A stretch of 32,000 bases of DNA, taken from the NCBI RefSeq assembly GCF_002953135.1, contig NZ_CP026372.1, positions 2,842,300-2,874,299 of the forward strand, written 5' to 3'. The notes beneath the pieces are model-generated. The model was not told where the DNA came from, searched no databases, and was given only the letters and a program-made list of their open reading frames with translations. This document shows, piece by piece, positions 29,650-32,000 of this stretch (position 1 is the first letter of the stretch; the number at the start of each line of letters is the position of its first letter). The DNA is from Sphingobium sp. SCG-1 (lineage in GTDB: Bacteria; Pseudomonadota; Alphaproteobacteria; Sphingomonadales; Sphingomonadaceae). The translations under genes were made by a program, and so were the position numbers.

Positions 29650-30099
29650 TTAGAATTGCAGCGGATCGGCGACGGGCGTTCCTGCGTCAATGTCTTTGCC
29701 GAACAGGCGCGCTTCGGCCTGAGCGGTGTCGAAAAATTCCCAGGTTTCGCGGATCAGGCCATCCTCCACGCGGAAGATCTGGCAATAGGTTTGCTCGTAC
29801 CGCGCCCCGTCATTGGTGTCTGCGTCCCCCTCCATCATGCCGACGACAACCGACCCGTCGACGGCCATGATCCGGTGCCGCCTTGCAAGATTGACCGTGC
29901 CGGGCACGAGGTTGGCCATCACGAGCGGGAATATCTCTTCGAAAAGTTGCCGCTTGCCGTACGTGCGTCCTGACACGGCAGTCCGACCAGCGACGTTGTT
30001 GATGTAGTCGTCATGCAGCGTCGCTGCGAACGCATCGATATCCATCGCCGCCAGCGCGCTGTACCACTGCTCGACGACTGCGCGCGGTTCGATCGTCAT
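29650..30099 (-). CDS. SnoaL-like / NTF2-family protein
   Basis: The likely start is ATG 30099 (GGAGAAGAGG upstream), giving 149 aa: MTIEPRAVVEQWYSALAAMDIDAFAATLHDDY... and ...YCQIFRVEDGLIRETWEFFD. This pattern is typical of the SnoaL/ketosteroid-isomerase-like fold. The track ORF extends to 30237 and would overlap the next gene. Confidence 0.7.
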   Translation of the reverse strand: MTIEPRAVVEQWYSALAAMDIDAFAATLHDDYINNVAGRTAVSGRTYGKRQLFEEIFPLVMANLVPGTVNLARRHRIMAVDGSVVVGMMEGDADTNDGARYEQTYCQIFRVEDGLIRETWEFFDTAQAEARLFGKDIDAGTPVADPLQF

Positions 30100-30208
30100 G
30101 GCACCTCTTCTCCCCTGCTCCGCATGAGGATGCGTGCGGGGGCAGAATGGCGTCATCTTCACCGTCATGCCTACTGACGAAAACAGCAGGCATGGCGCGA
30201 CGAAAGGA

Positions 30209-30526
30209 TCAGCCGAATAAGCCCTTCGCCAGACCACTTAGTTCGTTCAGCGGATTACCGTCGCCATCGCGATCGAGAAAACCCGTCATGTTGCCGAGAA
30301 TTCCCGCAGGACCACCGAGACCCGCGAGCGCCTCCTGCAGCGTGTCGGCTGAGACGCCATGCGCGGCGGCAGTTTCTGCCAATGCCGTAACGCCGGGCTT
30401 ACCCGATCCAATATCGGCGGCGAGTTGCTCCAGCAATCCGGGGATCGAGTCGGCAGAGATACCGAGCTTGGCCGCAAGTTCGTCGAGGCTGCCTAGATTA
30501 CTCAAAATGCCGTCGAACATAGCCAT
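30209..30526 (-). CDS. Small hypothetical protein, DUF937/YidB-like with a C-terminal DxDxDG loop
   Basis: The likely start is ATG 30526 (GGGAG 9 nt upstream), giving 105 aa. It has an internal duplication (AAKLGISADSIPGLLEQLA versus AAAHGVSADTLQEALAGLG) and a C-terminal FLDRDGDGNPLNEL. The family assignment is from memory only. Confidence 0.55.
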   Translation of the reverse strand: MAMFDGILSNLGSLDELAAKLGISADSIPGLLEQLAADIGSGKPGVTALAETAAAHGVSADTLQEALAGLGGPAGILGNMTGFLDRDGDGNPLNELSGLAKGLFG

Positions 30527-30581
30527 GATCTGATACTCCCATGATCGAGCATCAATAGCAGCTTTATCGTCCAGCGTAACG

Positions 30582-30618
30582 AAAAAGGCGGGCCAGCATG
30601 TCCTGCCGACCCGCCTTT
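30582..30618 (-). terminator. Rho-independent terminator downstream of pckA
   Basis: On the minus strand, GAAAGGCGGG-TCGGCAGGACATGCTGG-CCCGCCTTTTTCGTT forms a 9-bp GC-rich stem followed by a T5 run. It lies 21 nt after the pckA stop. Confidence 0.8.
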
Positions 30619-30638
30619 CAGGCAATTTACGTCAATGT

Positions 30639-32000
30639 TCAGGCGGCAGTGAGAGCAGCCTGACGCACGGAGGCATCCACATGATCCTCGAACTGCGCGA
30701 AGTTGTCGACGAACTGCTTGACCAGCTTGGCAGCGGTATCATCATATTCCGCGCCATTCGCCCAGGTCTGTCGGGGATCGAGTATCTTGGCATCCACACC
30801 CGCGACTGCGACCGGCACTTCGAAGCCGAAGTTCGGATCAGTGCGGAAGGCGACATCGTTCAGGCTGCCGTCCAGCGCTGCGTTCAGCAATGCACGTGTG
30901 ACGCGGATCGGCATACGGCTGCCGCTGCCGTACTTGCCGCCGGTCCAACCGGTGTTGACCAGCCAGCAGGTAACGCCGCCTTTGGCGATGCGATCCTTCA
31001 GCAGATTGCCGTACACCGAAGGATGACGCGGCATGAAGGGGGCACCAAAGCAGGTCGAGAAGGTCGCAGTCGGCTCGATCACCCCGATTTCGGTGCCCGC
31101 GACCCGTGCGGTGTAGCCCGAGAGGAAGTGATACATAGCCTGTTCCGGCGTTAAACGCGAAATAGGAGGAAGTACGCCATAAGCGTCGGCCGTCAGGAAG
31201 ATGATCGTCTTGGGAACCGGGCCAAGATTGTCCTTCGACGCATTGGGGATGAAATCAATGGGATAAGAACCGCGGCTGTTTTCCGCGAGGCTGTTGTCGT
31301 TGAAATCGAGTTCGCGTGTATCCTTGTCGATCACAACATTCTCAAGGACCGTTCCGAAGCGTTTCGTCGTCGCGAAAATTTCCGGCTCCGCCTCGGGCGA
31401 GAGGTTTATCATCTTGGCGTAGCAGCCGCCCTCGAAATTGAAGACGGCGGTGTCCGACCAGCCATGCTCGTCGTCGCCGATCAGCGTACGGCTGGCGTCG
31501 GCCGAAAGCGTTGTCTTGCCTGTACCTGACAGACCGAAGAACACAGCCGTGTCGCCGTTCGGGCCGATATTGGCCGAACAATGCATTGGCATGACGCCCT
31601 TCACGGGTAGCAGGTAGTTGAGGATGCCGAACACCGACTTCTTCATTTCACCGGCATAAGCCGTGCCGCCGATGAGGATCAGCTTTTCGCTGAAGTTGAC
31701 GGCGACGACCGTTTCGGACCGACTGCCATGGCGCGCAGGATCGGCGCGGAAGCTCGGCAAATCGATGATGGTATATTCGGGCGTGAAAGTCGCCAGCTCA
31801 TCTGCGGTCGGACGCACCAGCAACGTGCGGATGAAAAGGTTGTGCCAGGCGAACTCATTGATGACGCGCACATTGACGCGATGCTCGGGCTGCGATCCGC
31901 CGAAAAGATCCGCGACGTACAGCGTGTCCTTCTCACCCAGCGCTGCGAAGAAATCGGCCTTCAATGCCGCGAAGTGCTCCGGCGTCATGGGCACATTGGT
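30639..32000 (-). CDS. pckA: Phosphoenolpyruvate carboxykinase (ATP), 5'-truncated by the window edge
   Basis: Kinase-1a motif [22 protein letters not shown] and [20 protein letters not shown] are also present. The reading frame stays open to position 32000 (…[10 protein letters not shown]), so the N-terminus lies outside the window. Confidence 0.96.
   Translation of the reverse strand, partial: TNVPMTPEHFAALKADFFAALGEKDTLYVADLFGGSQPEHRVNVRVINEFAWHNLFIRTLLVRPTADELATFTPEYTIIDLPSFRADPARHGSRSETVVAVNFSEKLILIGGTAYAGEMKKSVFGILNYLLPVKGVMPMHCSANIGPNGDTAVFFGLSGTGKTTLSADASRTLIGDDEHGWSDTAVFNFEGGCYAKMINLSPEAEPEIFATTKRFGTVLENVVIDKDTRELDFNDNSLAENSRGSYPIDFIPNASKDNLGPVPKTIIFLTADAYGVLPPISRLTPEQAMYHFLSGYTARVAGTEIGVIEPTATFSTCFGAPFMPRHPSVYGNLLKDRIAKGGVTCWLVNTGWTGGKYGSGSRMPIRVTRALLNAALDGSLNDVAFRTDPNFGFEVPVAVAGVDAKILDPRQTWANGAEYDDTAAKLVKQFVDNFAQFEDHVDASVRQAALTAA

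Overview
By eye this is a high-GC (>60%), densely coding chromosomal segment from an alphaproteobacterium, probably Sphingomonadales. That assignment is an inference from the HdaA-type replication regulator, the lptD-surA-pdxA-rsmA cluster, a TonB-dependent receptor and overall protein similarity. Nearly everything is recognisable core housekeeping. In order: an HTH/S24 repressor-like gene, aspS, rnd, an I78-inhibitor lipoprotein, a minus-strand operon (membrane-anchored unknown, hdaA, ppk1, ppx), and purM with a purN fusion. Then come a GNAT gene, ndk, holC, pepA, lptD-surA-pdxA-rsmA, a TPR protein, an RsmB/Sun-type RNA methyltransferase and guaB. The window ends with a TonB-dependent receptor, a CitE-like lyase, an SPFH/NfeD pair, a SnoaL-like protein, a small DUF937-like protein and a 5'-truncated pckA. 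I found no rRNA, tRNA, CRISPR array, transposase, integrase or recognisable defence or toxin-antitoxin module, and I cannot honestly point to a multi-gene novel system. The most unusual things I can see directly are: (1) a 99-bp nested palindromic repeat element sitting in frame inside the RNA methyltransferase gene; (2) purN fused in frame to a MmcQ/YjbR-like domain; (3) an S24 LexA/CI-like protein whose nucleophile Ser is Ala and which lacks a linker Ala-Gly site; (4) a tightly coupled unknown-hdaA-ppk1-ppx operon; (5) a ~0.56-kb gene-less gap after rsmA carrying a tandem 9-mer; (6) a Pho-box-like or operator-like AT-rich site upstream of the TonB-dependent receptor. Many long ORFs in the six-frame track are antisense shadow ORFs typical of high-GC DNA and were rejected.
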